From the NCBI GenBank assembly GCA_964016885.1, contig CAXHJY010000651.1, positions 4,993-68,992 of the forward strand: a stretch of 64,000 nt of DNA, in the 5' to 3' direction. Positions within the stretch are counted from its first letter, which is position 1, and the number at the start of each line of letters is the position of its first letter. Origin of the DNA: Eledone cirrhosa (taxonomy: Eukaryota). Made by a program: the position numbers and the translations under genes. Of the stretch, positions 1 through 13,243 are shown one piece after another. The notes under the pieces were generated by a model. That model had not been told where the DNA came from, searched no databases, and saw nothing but the letters and a program-made list of their open reading frames with translations.

Positions 1-215
1 TACACACACATATACATATTAACACACACATATACACATACACACACATACATAGATGCATACATAGACGCACACACACACACACACACATACATACATA
101 CACACATACACACGCACACACACATACATACACGTACGCGCGCGCACGAATATAGTAAGGCTCTGGTAAACGTATATTAATGCATGCAGTCACACACACA
201 CAAATACACACAAAT

Positions 216-272
<57 letters not shown>

Positions 273-459
273 CGCACACTCAAACACACACATGTAATTA
301 CAGACTCTGGCAAACGTATATTAATGCGTGCAATCACACATACATACACACTCACATACACACATACATACACACAAACACAAATACACTAACAGACTAA
401 TAAACGTATATTAATGCATGCAGTCACACATACATGCACACACACATACATAAACACAT

Positions 460-492
<33 letters not shown>

Positions 493-820
493 CATACATA
501 CACACACAAGAATACTGTAACAGACGCTGCCAAACGCACACACACACACACACACACACACAGACATACACATACACACATACCTAGATACACACATATA
601 CAGATACATGAACACATATGCATACACACATGCATACACACACACACAAACACACAAACAGATATACACAGTCACACACTTATGTAAATGCTTATAAATA
701 TATATTGTCACATACACACATGCAAATGCATACTAATACACACACACACTTGCAAATATACACAAATAAACACATACACACACATATTCACACAAAAAAC
801 ACGCATGCGCATGCGCACAA
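1..820. repeat. Compound (CA)n/(CATA)n microsatellite with a recurring ~45-nt motif
   Basis: CA-rich tract punctuated by variants of gaatacagtaacagactctggcaaacgtatattaatgcatgcagtcac at ~146, ~292, ~389, ~510. Confidence 0.85.
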
Positions 821-868
821 ACAAGCAGGCCTTTCTCTCCTCTCACATACGAATATTATATTTTATTC

Positions 869-1247
869 GAACGCCATGCTTTGGCGCATTGAGTTACGGC
901 CCTTGCCATTCTGAGTTCAAATCCCGCCGAGGTTAACTTTGCCTTTTATCGTTACGGGGTCGATAAAATAAAGTACCAGTCACGCACTGGGGTCGATTTA
1001 ATCGACTTTCCCCTCCACCGAAATTGCTGGCCTTGTGCCTATATAAGAAACCATTATATTGTACTCTTTGGCAGTATCGGTAGAGGGTCGGACGCCATGC
1101 TTTGCAGCAGAGTTACCACCCTTTATGATCTGAGTTCAAATCCCGCCGAGGTTAACTTTGCCTTCCATCCTTACGGGGTCGATAACATAAAGTACCAGTA
1201 ATACACTGGGATAATTGCTGGCCTTGTGCCAAAAGTAGAAACAATTA
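869..1247 (+). mobile_element. Two tandem copies of tRNA-derived SINE family A (869-1057 5'-truncated; 1068-1247)
   Basis: A-box-like tggcagtatcgg, B-box gagttcaaatcc, central gccttccatccttacggggtcgataaaataaagtaccag, tail gctggccttgtgcc..gaaacaatt; recurs about 20 times in the window. Confidence 0.9.
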
Positions 1248-1344
1248 TATTTTACTATTTCTTATTTTTTCAGTCTCTTTCTCACTCTAATATATTCTTT
1301 CTTTCTCTCTCAATATTCTCTATTTCTCTTTCTTTACAAATCAT

Positions 1345-1359
1345 GTTGTTGTTGTTGTT

Positions 1360-1442
<83 letters not shown>

Positions 1443-1719
1443 TGTGTGTGTGTGTGTGCGTGTGTGTGATTGCATACCTTAATATACGTTTGCCAGACTT
1501 TGTTACTGTATTCGTGTATGTATGTGTGTATGTATGTGTGTGTGTGTGTGTCTGTGTATCTGTGTGTGTGTGTGTGTACGTGTGTCTGTGTGTGTGTGTG
1601 TACGTGTGTCTGTGTGTGTGTGAGTGACTGCATGCATTTATATAGGTTTGCCAGAGTTTGTTACTGTATTCGTGTATGTGTGTGTATGTATATGTATGTG
1701 TGTATGTATATGTATGTGT

Positions 1720-1759
<40 letters not shown>

Positions 1760-1770
1760 GTGTGTGTGTG
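1345..1770. repeat. (TG)n compound microsatellite with inverted copies of the 45-nt motif
   Basis: Reverse complement of the 1-820 motif at ~1467-1516 and ~1624-1674. Confidence 0.8.
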
Positions 1771-1954
1771 TTAATGAGTTAGAGTTCCAACATTGATGTC
1801 GTTTTCAGCTTATAACCTCTCCAAACTTTTCAGCTTGAACCACCCAATCTGACAGTCGGACTTTCACCTCATTAATATATCCACCCACCATCTCACCACC
1901 TACCGAGTACTACTCTGATTTACAGTCAACCCGTTTTTCACGCTACAGATACTC

Positions 1955-2040
1955 CATATCTGAAGAAGTGTCGATTAAGAGTCGGAATCCGATCGCCTGA
2001 TCAAACCCGAGCTGATCGATATCGAAACAATTATAATACG
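1955..2040 (+). ncRNA. Degenerate type I hammerhead ribozyme motif in a Penelope-like terminal remnant
   Basis: catat-CTGAAGA-a-gtgtcgatta...tgatcgatat-c-GAAAC-aatt-ATA-atacg, followed by aataaa and later (TA)n; stems I and III each have a mismatch. Confidence 0.5.
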
Positions 2041-2438
2041 AAATAAAGTTTCACAAAAATCTGCAATTCTTATTGTCACTCTTTATGCACACTGCAAACT
2101 AGAGCCGCCTTAAACCTGGAGCACAACCTAACGAGAGACGGACACAGTAACAGCATCGAGTGCTTCGACCTGCGTCGCCGCTATTACACACAAGTTACTC
2201 ATATAATAACCAATTAAATATATATATATATATAGAGAGAGAGAGATATATATATATATATATATATATAGTAATAATAATAATATTTATACTTATATAT
2301 GTTTAATATACAATTATAAATATGGAGGCTATTACCAAGTACTAGCCAGTTACAGTGTCTATGACACTGGAAACAGTTAAGTATCTACCTAAATGTTCGG
2401 TAGACTAGGATTTTAATCACCTATTTAAAGATCTTCTA

Positions 2439-2485
2439 TGCTCCGATGAATCCAGACATCACTCTGGAAGAAACAATTGTCAGCA
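2439..2485 (+). ncRNA. Minimal type I hammerhead ribozyme (CCGAUGA core variant)
   Basis: tgct-CCGATGA-a-tccaga-catcac-tctgga-a-GAAAC-aatt-GTC-agca then aataaa; element flanked by (TA)n. Confidence 0.7.
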
Positions 2486-2546
2486 AATAAATGTGTTAAA
2501 CTAAGATTTGATTGCTTTAATATTTTGTTTGTATATATATATAAGG

Positions 2547-2606
<60 letters not shown>

Positions 2607-2738
2607 TTTGGTTGGATTTCAATGAATGAGTTGTTTCATAATCTTTGCTGAAAAAGGTATATATCCTCCTTTATGAGAAGCTACATGTGCGAACAACAAA
2701 ACCAATTTTCGGCCTTGAAATTCAACTAAAACCATGTA

Positions 2739-2802
<64 letters not shown>

Positions 2803-2807
<5 letters not shown>

Positions 2808-3257
2808 TAATAAAAATAATGAATAAACAAAGAAACAGTTCCTTATATTAAAAAATTCATCATTTTACGATCGTTTCTAGGATATATATGTTAGTGTTGG
2901 TATTCAGAAGGAAAATACATACCTACACATATATATGCTGTCTTCATTCTGAAGACAGCATATATATGTGTAGATATGTATATTCCTTCTGATAGTTTGT
3001 AAAAATTTTACATAGATCTATATGATATGCATACCAACACTAACATATATATCCTAGAAACGATCGTAAAATGATGAATTTTTTAATATAAGGAACTGTT
3101 TCTTTGTTTATTCATTATTTTTATTGATTTATCTTGACTCTGTTTTCCTGTATTTTTCATCGAAAACAATTTTTGAATACATCTTCTCTTTTCATGATAT
3201 TCGGATTACATTGAGTTCTTCATACGGATTGGAAAGTAGCGTATATTTTGGTAGATT

Positions 3258-3262
<5 letters not shown>
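2803..3262 (+). mobile_element. TA-embedded palindromic element with hammerhead-like core (2944-3074)
   Basis: Inverted arms ~2803-2946 and ~2950-3125 with apex gctgtcttca-ttc-tgaagacagc; CTGAAGA at 2949 and GAAAC-gatc-GTA-aaatga at 3057; 3' part repeated at 13663-13855. Confidence 0.7.
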
Positions 3263-3339
<77 letters not shown>

Positions 3340-3506
3340 ATAAAAGTAAGCAAGGACGCAGTCAATGTGTCACCATAAATGAACTTTATTGCTGATGACA
3401 ATTGTTTCGCAACAGTATTTAATACGATAACCGACAAACCGCCTGTAACCATAGTTACACACATATGTATGTATATATATATATATATATATATGTTTAT
3501 GTTTAT

Positions 3507-4113
3507 GTCAGGTCACCAGTTGGTGCTACTGGTAACATGTATCCCAGTACAACCTGACCCATGGTCGGGTCGTTGGCGACTAAACTGGCAACCCCACCAA
3601 GGTTTCTTGGTGAGGAGGGTGACTTTGGACATCCTGCAGGACTAAAAACAAAACCTGTCAGAGGGCAAAGGAGCTCTTAAGAGTCAATGGCCATCCAAAA
3701 TCACCGGGAGAGATGACCCCTTAGCCTTTGTCAAGGCAGAATTCTAGGAGAAGGAAAACTCTGATATAACACCTGCAACCCTGATGGTATCCAATGATGT
3801 TGACTTGTTCTTCTTTTTGGTAAATATCATCTTGGTTAAGAGAGTGGGACTGGCTTTGTGCAGTGCCTTTGCTCACTATAAAAGCTTCACGGCACAGGCA
3901 TTGCTTTATATCTGGAGATCTCTCTGCACTTGTCGTCACAGGGTACCATGGGCCCAGCACTATGTGTCAATATTTGTCACAAGTGTAGTGTTTGTACCAG
4001 AGTTTTCAAGTCGCTGGCTGGACTAAAAAGTCACTCGTTCAGCGCATCGGTAGGGGTTCTCCTATATGGATATAAAGTAGTGGCCGTACTCGAAAACGAG
4101 TTGGCAGCCACCA
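3507..4113 (+). mobile_element. Non-autonomous RTE-derived bipartite retroposon
   Basis: Near-identical inverted copy at 60682-61227; RTE-like 5' motif gagaaggaaaactctgat and 3' C2H2 remnant CSVCTRVFKSLAGLKSH; tail ggcagccaccat. Confidence 0.7.
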
Positions 4114-4313
4114 TATATATATGTGTGTGTGTGTGAGTGTGTGTGTATTAGCTTTCACAGTATTTTTTAACTGGTCAATACTCATCTTTTTCCATTTCTC
4201 AGAGGGTTTTAAACTCTACTATCAGGCTAAAATTTCTTTAGTCAAAAAATACGGCGAAAGCTTCTATTTCTAATTTCAAACTCGCTCGCTGTTTCAAAAC
4301 ATACTTACTTGTC

Positions 4314-4412
<99 letters not shown>

Positions 4413-4689
4413 GTGTGTGTGTGTGTGTGTGTGTGTGTCTGTGTGTGTGTTTACATATGGATAGCTCTTTCTTTCGTTATATGAAATTATACTGAATTTA
4501 CTATATTTAGCTTCTAATTTTGACTCAATGGTTAGAGCACTTAGCTGATATCTGAAAGATATGGAGTACGATTCTTTAGAAAATCCGTTGACCCCTTATT
4601 TTCCCGTCAATAAGGGGTATTTTCTCCATCTTCTAAGCTATTTATAGCAACAACTGTATTTAGAGTTATTTTTCTCCGTCTTAGTTTCC

Positions 4690-5050
4690 TATATGAATTT
4701 CCTAGAATTTCTATGGACCACATAATCTCCCAGCATTTCGAAAGTTGGCATTTGTACCAAGAAGTTTCCGCTCCGAAGCACAAGGAGATGGAAGGTGTTT
4801 TCGTGGAAGATCAGCAAGTGCTCACGCATGCCAGTCTCCTTTCTCCATACCACCGTTGTTGTCCAAGGGAAAGGCAAGAGCCGATACAGCTTGGCACCAG
4901 TCAAATCGCAAATCATTTCTTTAGTTGAGTGAACTAAAGCAACGTGAAATAAAGTCTTACTCAAGGACGCAGTGCACCGCCAGCTTCGGGAATCGAACTC
5001 ACAGCCTCATGATTATGAATCCAATGCTCTAACTACTAAGCTACGAACCT
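4690..5050 (-). mobile_element. tRNA-derived SINE family B
   Basis: Minus strand: tagcttagtagttagagc (A box), gagttcgattcc (B box), gtccttgagtaagacttt; related head at 57597 and body at 45020-45200. Confidence 0.75.
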
Positions 5051-5929
5051 ATAAATACATACACACTCACTCATACACAAGCACACACTCACGCACACCC
5101 ACTCACAAAACAAACAAACATACACTCATATATATTCGACGGGCTTCTGTACAATTTCTGTCTACTAAACTTCATTCACAAAGCATAGGTCAATCCATTA
5201 AAAAAGAATGGTTTGGCCCTTTTGAGGGTTTTCAATGTCAGCTATTTCCTTTAACTCAATTCTGTTGTTCTTGTTTTGTTGTTGTTTTTATCACGCACAT
5301 ACATACACAGTCATATGTAGAGGTGGGAAGGAAAGAGAAAGAAGGGAAGGAATGAAAGAGAGAGACACAGAGAGAAATAGAGGGCTTGTGTGAGAGAGAG
5401 AAAGTAAGTGAGAGAGAGTGAGTGAGAAAGAGAGTGAGAGAGAGAAAGGGAGAAAGAGAGAGAAAGAGAGAAAGAGAGAGTGGGAGAGAGAGAGAGAGAG
5501 TGTGTGTGTGAGAGAGAATCATATACTGTAGTTTTTTTTAAAGCACACGCTAGGAGGTTGTGATCGCATCAAATTCTAATTGTAGCGAAGTTACTGTCAA
5601 CACAGAGTTCCTTTGTCACGTTGTTGTCATTGTTGTTGTTATTGCCATTTTTTTTTTTCATTTGTGCTTTTGTTTTTGTTGTTGTTGTTGTTGTTTGAAG
5701 GGAGTTTACTTGCTTCTTTACTTTTTTCTTTTTCCTTTTTATTATTTATTTTTATTTATTTATTTGTTTGTTTGTTTGTTTATTGTTCTCTGGTTGTTCT
5801 AATATTTAAAAGTGACTTGTGTGAAATGGAGATGGATGGATTACTGAAACGGAACACTGACTTTTCAACAACATTAAGAAGACTAACACTAATAAAACAA
5901 CACAAACAACACAAACACTGAGACACAAA

Positions 5930-6640
5930 CACCAGTAACAACCACCGCAACCGCTAAAAATACCACCACCACCACCACCACCACCACTACTACCACCGCC
6001 ACCATCATCATTATGACCGCCACCACCAATACAACCGCCATCTTCACCACCACCACCACCACTACCACCACCACCATTATCATTATCACCGCCACCACCA
6101 CCACCACCACCACTACCACCACCACCATTATCATTATGACCGCCACCACCACCACACCACCACCACTACCACTACCACCACCATTATCATTATGACCGCC
6201 ACCACCAATACAACCGCCATCTTCAACACCACCGCCGCCACAACCACTACTACAACTCCCACCACCACCACCACTATCATTATCACCACCACCACCACCA
6301 CCACCACCACCACCACCACCACCACCACCACCAATACAACCACCATCTTCAACACCACCGCCGCCACAACCACCACCACAACCACCACCACCACTACCAT
6401 TATCACCACATCCACCGCCACCACCAATAGAACCGCCATCTTCAACACCACCACTGCAACCAACACCACCACCAACCCCTACCACAACCAATACCACCGA
6501 CAGTTCTACTTCAACCAATCACCGTCACCGCCATGGCAGCCATCACTACCACCTCCATCATCACAACCAACCAGCCACTACCAGTACTCCAACAACCACC
6601 ACAAGCCAATAACAACCATCGCCACCATCATTAGCTTCAA
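5930..6640. repeat. (ACC)n-rich degenerate tandem repeat
   Basis: ACC/ACT runs with recurring accaatacaaccgccatcttc units. Confidence 0.85.
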
Positions 6641-6659
6641 TAACCATTCAACGGGAGTA

Positions 6660-6866
6660 ACCGCTACATGGTCTCTCGGCCTGCTAGAAATAGTTGCTAA
6701 ATTTACTTCGTATGGTACCCTACCGTTTTAAATAAGAAGAGGACACATTGCATAATGTACTCCTAGGTATAGTATACCCCTTTAAAAGACGGGATAGTCA
6801 CGGCTGGAATACTTTTGGTCATAGGTCTGCTTAATCAGGCTCGACTATTTGCTGAAACAACAACAT
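6660..6866 (+). mobile_element. Dispersed repeat family C (unclassified)
   Basis: ctgctagaaatag..ggctggaatacttttggtcataggtctgc..gctgaaacaacaac; related pieces at 8580-8650(-), 48205-48270, 48850-48920, 53625-53860. Confidence 0.55.
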
Positions 6867-6921
6867 AAAAGCAGTAACAACAGTAGAAATAACATAAGGG
6901 TAGCCATTACTACGATTATAA

Positions 6922-7066
6922 TGACCCCCAGTACTTGCATGATACTTTATTTATCGACACCGGAAGTATAAGAGGCAAAGGTGACCTCAGCGGGATTTGA
7001 GCACCGTAACTAAATACAGCAAGATATTTTGTCCGATGCTCTACCGATTCTACCAATCCACCGCCC
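6922..7066 (-). mobile_element. SINE family A, diverged copy
   Basis: Reverse complement of the family A consensus (ctaccgattctaccaatccaccgccc). Confidence 0.75.
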
Positions 7067-7124
7067 TTAGCCAGTAATAAAGTGAAGAACAACATCAGCA
7101 ACAACAACATTAACAAGTAAAGAT

Positions 7125-7372
7125 AATAAGAACAACAGCAACAATAGCAGTAGCAATAATAACAACAACAATAGCAGCAGCAACAACAGTAACAATAGCA
7201 GTAGCAATAATAACAACAAAAATAGCAGCAGCAACAACAGTAACAATAGCAGTAACAATAATAACAACAACAATAGCAGCAGCAACAACAGTAACAATAG
7301 CAGTAGCAATAATAACAACAACAACAACACTAATAGCAGCGATGATAATAATAACACTAGCAATAACAATTA
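7125..7372. repeat. ~51-bp AAC/AGC minisatellite
   Basis: About 4 copies of aacaatagcagtagcaataataacaacaacaatagcagcagcaacaacagt. Confidence 0.8.
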
Positions 7373-7490
7373 CCAAAAATGGCGTTTGTCTCCATCGAAA
7401 GCAGTTAACGACAAGTCAAATAAGACGTGGTTGACTGAAGAAATAAATGAATTGTGACTAGACACACACACACGTATATATATATATATG

Positions 7491-7569
<79 letters not shown>

Positions 7570-7710
7570 CTTTAATAGTATGACATACATAGACAAAAAT
7601 TTATGTATGCGACCGCATACATGAGTGTATTTCTCACCCTCCATCTTCACTCTCTCTTTCTCTCTGTACATACACACACATATACATATATATTATGTGT
7701 GGGAGTGTGA

Positions 7711-7793
<83 letters not shown>

Positions 7794-7870
7794 ATATATA
7801 GAAATGGCTTCTGCAGGACTAGAACTGTTTCATTCGGGAGAAATCATCCCGAATGAACCCGGGATAAACT

Positions 7871-7916
<46 letters not shown>

Positions 7917-7989
7917 GGACACTAACACAGTGTACTTCAGTCTAAATTTCTAAACAGTTTTAGATATATTTCATCCTAGCTTAATAACA

Positions 7990-8370
7990 ATAATAACAAA
8001 ACAGAAATGGAAAGAAGAATATCTCTCGGAAATGCTGCCATGATAAGAGTACAGAAAATTATGAAAGATAAAGGAGTGTCAAAGAGAACAAAAGAAAGAT
8101 TGTTTAAACTCAATGGTTATATCCAGTAATGATGTATGGATGAGAAAGCTGGACAATTAATATACAATAACAATATAGAAGGAAACATTAATGCTTTCGA
8201 AATATGGTATTGGAGAAGTTTATGAAGGGAAGAAAAAACAAAATAGATCAACATTTCAATAAGTAGAACCTAAGAGTACTTAGGAAATATTGATTGCTAA
8301 GCAAAAATAAAAATACTTTGGTCACTTTCTGATGGAGGGTGTCATGGGAAAGAGCATTATGTTAAGAAAA
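7990..8370 (+). mobile_element. RTE-clade LINE ORF remnant (post-RT region)
   Basis: EMERRISLGNAAMIRVQKIMKDKGVSKRTKERL..PVMMYG*ESWTI..INAFEIWYWR, with stops and frameshifts. Confidence 0.8.
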
Positions 8371-8372
8371 AC

Positions 8373-8557
8373 GGTGGATTGGCAGTATCGGTAGAGGGTC
8401 GGACGCCATGCTTTCCAGCATAGTTACGTCCCTTTACGATCTGAGTTCAAATCCCGCCGAGGTTGACTTTGCCTTTCATCCTTACGGGGTCGATAAAATA
8501 AAGTACCAGTAATGAACTGGGTAATTGCTGGCCTTGTGCCTAAAGTAGAAACAATTA
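8373..8557 (+). mobile_element. SINE family A
   Basis: Full-length match to the family consensus. Confidence 0.9.
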
Positions 8558-9190
8558 TGTTAAGAAAAAACTATTTTTGTCGTTGTTATTTAACACCAGG
8601 TCAACCCAAATCGAGTAAACCTATGATCAAAGGCGTTCCAGCCAACCCATCTAACCCCTGTGTGAAAGAAATCCAGAAATCGCGTTATGTGAAGTGCCGT
8701 ATATTTAAGACGCCAGTGTGTCGTTTGAGATATATTTACATGATATTTCAAGATATGTTCGATCGTAACTCAAGAGATGGAAAGATGAGACGAAAGAAGA
8801 AAGTGTGATGACATCTGTGAATTTACAGCAGACGTTGTCTGAACAATGAAAACGCTATAGGTATAAAATCATCAGAATTAGAACAACGAACTGAGGATAC
8901 AAAGAGAAAAAGATAGACCCCTGTATTTAAAGCACGGACTCTAGGCCAGCCGGATGAAAGATAGATCAGGTCGAGTAGTTTCAGTGTTCATTAAAACTTC
9001 ACTAGTATTTTCTAATAATCTCCATGTAGTATTTATAAATGAAAAAGTGAACCGTGTATATTAATTAAATGAGATATTCATTAAACATGTAACGTTGTAG
9101 CACTGTCTAGTTCTTTTTTAAATAATACACACACACGCACACACGCACGTAAATACACACACACACACTCAACCCCCCCCCCCCCCCCCC

Positions 9191-9255
<65 letters not shown>

Positions 9256-9324
9256 CGGCGATGAATTAGTTTTGCGAGGTTTTTTACATGAAATCGTGTG
9301 TCGAAACAAATATTGTTATACTTG

Positions 9325-9691
9325 GGGAGGGTCATGTTTGTGTAATAATATTGCCAGAATTAATAAGGCACTCACTGTTTGGTTGGTTTTCGCTTCTGTG
9401 TCTTTTCAGACTAAATAAAGATGGCGTAGGCATACAATACAACAGGAGGAAACATAATAGCACCACTGACGATGTTGCAGATGTGCAACGAAAGAACTTT
9501 GTTAGACTATATATATGTGTTTGTGTCTATATTATATCTGTATTTTTACCGTTGGTCAGTCAATGGTAACATTGAGGACCGAATAAATTAAATTAACTGA
9601 TATAAAAGACACAGAAGCGAAAACCAACCAAACAGTGAGTGTGTTCTGTTATTAATTCTGGCTATATTATTACACAAATATGACCCTCCCC
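9325..9691. repeat. TA-flanked inverted repeat element
   Basis: ggggagggtcatgtttgtgtaataat..gcttctgtgtctttt (9325-9407) inverted at ~9605-9691; terminus related to 29226-29537. Confidence 0.7.
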
Positions 9692-9711
9692 ATATATATA
9701 TATATATATAC

Positions 9712-9875
9712 ATACAATGAGATCCTCTTCAGAAATTCTCTCCCCAGTATTGAGGCTAAAATACTTCACTATTAATTGCGTTGAGCAAGATATACTGCCA
9801 GAATGGAGCCTACTCTATTGTCATATATAATCCTCTTTGGAGAACTTACTAATTACAAAAGACCTCGTGGTGCAA
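9712..9875 (+). mobile_element. RTE LINE C-terminal remnant
   Basis: NEILFRNSLPSIEAKILHY*LR*ARYTARME..ILFGELTNYKRPRG. Confidence 0.65.
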
Positions 9876-10494
9876 ATGTCATTTTTGATCGAAACAGAAA
9901 CCAGCCTTTATATTTGAAAGGAAACAGCTGAGCTGAAAATCATAAAACCTGATAGAGGCAAACTGTCTTTAAGGGTTCAAATACTTTTGAAAACCATCGA
10001 AGACTCCACAATCATAAATGCTGTACCGAAGAGAAGGTGAAGATGAACAGGCCATGTATTCTTCCTAGACTCTTGGGCAACATATGGTAAAGTTTATTTC
10101 ATAGTAAACTGGTACTGTTTAGCCATGTTTGTCATAGCATCATGGCAGCAATATTTAGCTGAATCTAGAAAAAGAAAAACTATGTTCTGAAACAAGATGG
10201 CGCCGATAATGACAATATATTGTATTTACAGTTTGTTACTATATACTAGTAAAGTACACAGATGCATCAACAGTCAGTTTACGGATATGGATATCGAAGA
10301 AATATAAAATAATAAATATTTTAAGTTGTCTCTGTATAAACATAACAGAGCCCCTTTCTTCACTTGGTTTCATCTTTTGTACACACAGTTATTATAAGAA
10401 AAACAAATTAAGAATTTTAATATCATAAAGCTGACTGACAAGGGTAACAATGCGGTGAGGGCATTTGAAATAAAAACACACAAGGGCAGAACTA

Positions 10495-10730
10495 AGTCTC
10501 ATCTCATCTGTCCTGTAGCCTGGTGGACCGTTGAGGCGCCACGGATGACCTGGCAACCAGCTCCTTCAATTCCCCTCGCCTCTCCACCTTCCTCAAGGTT
10601 GCACTCAACCTTATACCTGTCCATTCCGGGATGTTGTCCTCCCATCTCTTTCTCTGTCTACCTCTTTTCTTCCCTGCTTGCATTGTTTTCTGCAGGACAG
10701 TCTAGGCAAGCCCTGAACATCTTGTCACAA
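10495..10730 (-). mobile_element. RTE (BovB-like) LINE 3' end
   Basis: VTRCSGLA*TVLQKTMQAGKKRGRQRKRWEDNIPEWTG..ELVARSSVAPQR. Confidence 0.8.
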
Positions 10731-11209
10731 AACTAAGTACCAAATGGGAATTTGTCTGGCTCGCTACCACCGTCATTGCAAGTTTCTCTTCCTTGCTGCC
10801 AGGTCTCACAATAACAACAACAATAGAAACGACAGAAATTAGAGTTATTCGTAGCATAACTGAGTCTGAGAAAGCAACACCAACAACTACAACAGCAATA
10901 ATAAGACAGATTATGTATATTGACAATCACAGCTACATGAACAATGACGAAGGTAGATAGGCGTTGCTAGTAAACGAACGGTAATAAAGTACAAACAGAA
11001 ATCAATGACCCTTCGTGTGAAAACCAGTAGACCAATAAGATGTGAAATGGTTAAAATGAGAGATCACATGGATGTCATTAGAATTGCTTCTGTTGTGGAA
11101 TAATAAGTGGGGAGAGAAAGGGAAGTGACAGGCAGGAGAGGACTAGAGAAACAGGCAGACAAATACAGAATGTGGTTTACTTGTCTAGTTGTCCGGTTGA
11201 ATGTTTGTC

Positions 11210-12160
11210 CGATTAGCTGGTTGGCTGGTTGCTTGGCTAGTTGGCAGGCTGCCTGGCAGGATGGCTGGTTGGCTAGTTGGCAGGCTAGTTGGCAGGCCGG
11301 GTGGCGGGATGGCTGGATGATTGGCTAGTTGGCAGGCTGGATGGATGGCTGATTGGCTGGCTGGATGTTTGGTTGTTTGGCTGGTTGGCAGGCTGGCTGG
11401 CTGGTTGTTTGATTGGTTGGCTAGTTGGCAGGCTGGTTGGCTGGTTGTTTGGTTGGTTGGCTAGTTGGCAGGCTGGTTGGCTGGTTGTTTGGTTGGTTGG
11501 CTAGTTGGCTGGCTGACTGGCTGGTTGGTTGGTTGGATGGTTGGTTGGTTGGTTGGCAGGCTGGCTAGCTGGCTGGTTATTTTGGTTGGCTAGTTGGCAG
11601 GCTGGCTGGTTGTTTGGTTGTTTGGCTAGTTGGCAGGGTGGTTGGCTGGTTGTTTGGTTGGTTGGCAGGTTGGTTGGGTGGTTGGTTGGTTGGTTGGTTG
11701 GTTGGTTGGTTGGTTGGTTGGTTGGTTGGTTGGTTGGTTGGTTGGTTGGTTGGTTGGTTGGTTGGTTGGTTGGTTGGTTGGTTGGTTGGTTGGTTGGTTG
11801 GCTAGTTAGTTGGTTGGTTGGTTGGTTGGTTGGTTGGTTGGTTGGTTGGTTGGTTGGTTGGTTGGTTGGTTGGTTGGTTGGTTGGTTGGCAGGCTGGCTG
11901 GCTGGCTAGTTATTTGGTTGGTTGGCTAGTTGGCAGGCTGGTTATTTGGTTGGTTGGCTAGTTGGCAGGCTGGTTGGCTGGTTGTTTGGTTGGTTGGCAG
12001 GCTGGCTGGCAGGCTGTTTGGTTGGTTGGTTGGCAGGTGTCCTGGCTGGCTGGTTGATTGGTTGGTTAGCTAGTTGACTGGCTGGCTTGCTGGCTGGCTG
12101 GTTCTTTGATTGGTTGGCTAGTACGGTGGTTGGCTGACTGGTTGGCTGGCTGGCTAGTCA
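11210..12160. repeat. (TTGG)n/(GGCT)n tetranucleotide tract
   Basis: Long pure and degenerate TTGG run. Confidence 0.9.
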
Positions 12161-12418
12161 TCATTATCATTATCAAAATCACTATAGTCATCATCATCAT
12201 CATCATCATCATCCTCATCATATCACTATCACCACCAAGGTGAATACCACCGCTATTACAGACGCCCAATAGTCTATTCCCAGTGACCACGACCAATTTA
12301 CGAGACATATAAAGGCCGCCTATCGTCTTATGACGTCATAACGACATATTTATCGCAAATACATTGAATGTGTGAACTGTGACATGTTGATATGTACACA
12401 GATATATCATTGTAGATT

Positions 12419-12467
<49 letters not shown>

Positions 12468-12522
12468 ATATACTTGATATATATATATATAATATATATA
12501 TATAATATATAAATATATATAA

Positions 12523-12553
<31 letters not shown>

Positions 12554-12577
12554 ATATATTATATACATATATATATA

Positions 12578-12662
<85 letters not shown>

Positions 12663-12814
12663 TTATATATACTTACATACATATATATATTTATATATAT
12701 ATATATATACATATTTATATATACATACATACATACATATATATATACATATATATATATATACACACACACACACAGTCACTCACGCACACTCACACAA
12801 TATATATTATATAA

Positions 12815-12864
<50 letters not shown>

Positions 12865-13172
12865 GTAGTAGTAGTAGTAATAATAATGTGTGTGCTGGTT
12901 GTAAATCGAATCGATGATGACGTTGCTTATTTTCAACAGATACGATGACCTCGCCTGTGATGAGCACGTAGATGCTACAGATCTGAACACAAGTTGAGCA
13001 TACATGAAATATATAGAGACATGTGTATTTAATTATAGCAGTTTAGTCAGTGACTCAAGTGTCAAAGCTCTCGTACTTAAGTGCACTTTTTTTCAAAATT
13101 GATTCAGTACCAGTCTTGAAGATTGTATTTTAGTACAAGATACCAGGTTCCTCGTGTTTTTGGTATAGCATC

Positions 13173-13243
<71 letters not shown>

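Noticed and set aside
4980-5050. tRNA gene (also SINE heads elsewhere)
   Set aside because: A/B boxes are present but there is no full cloverleaf, and they continue into SINE bodies.
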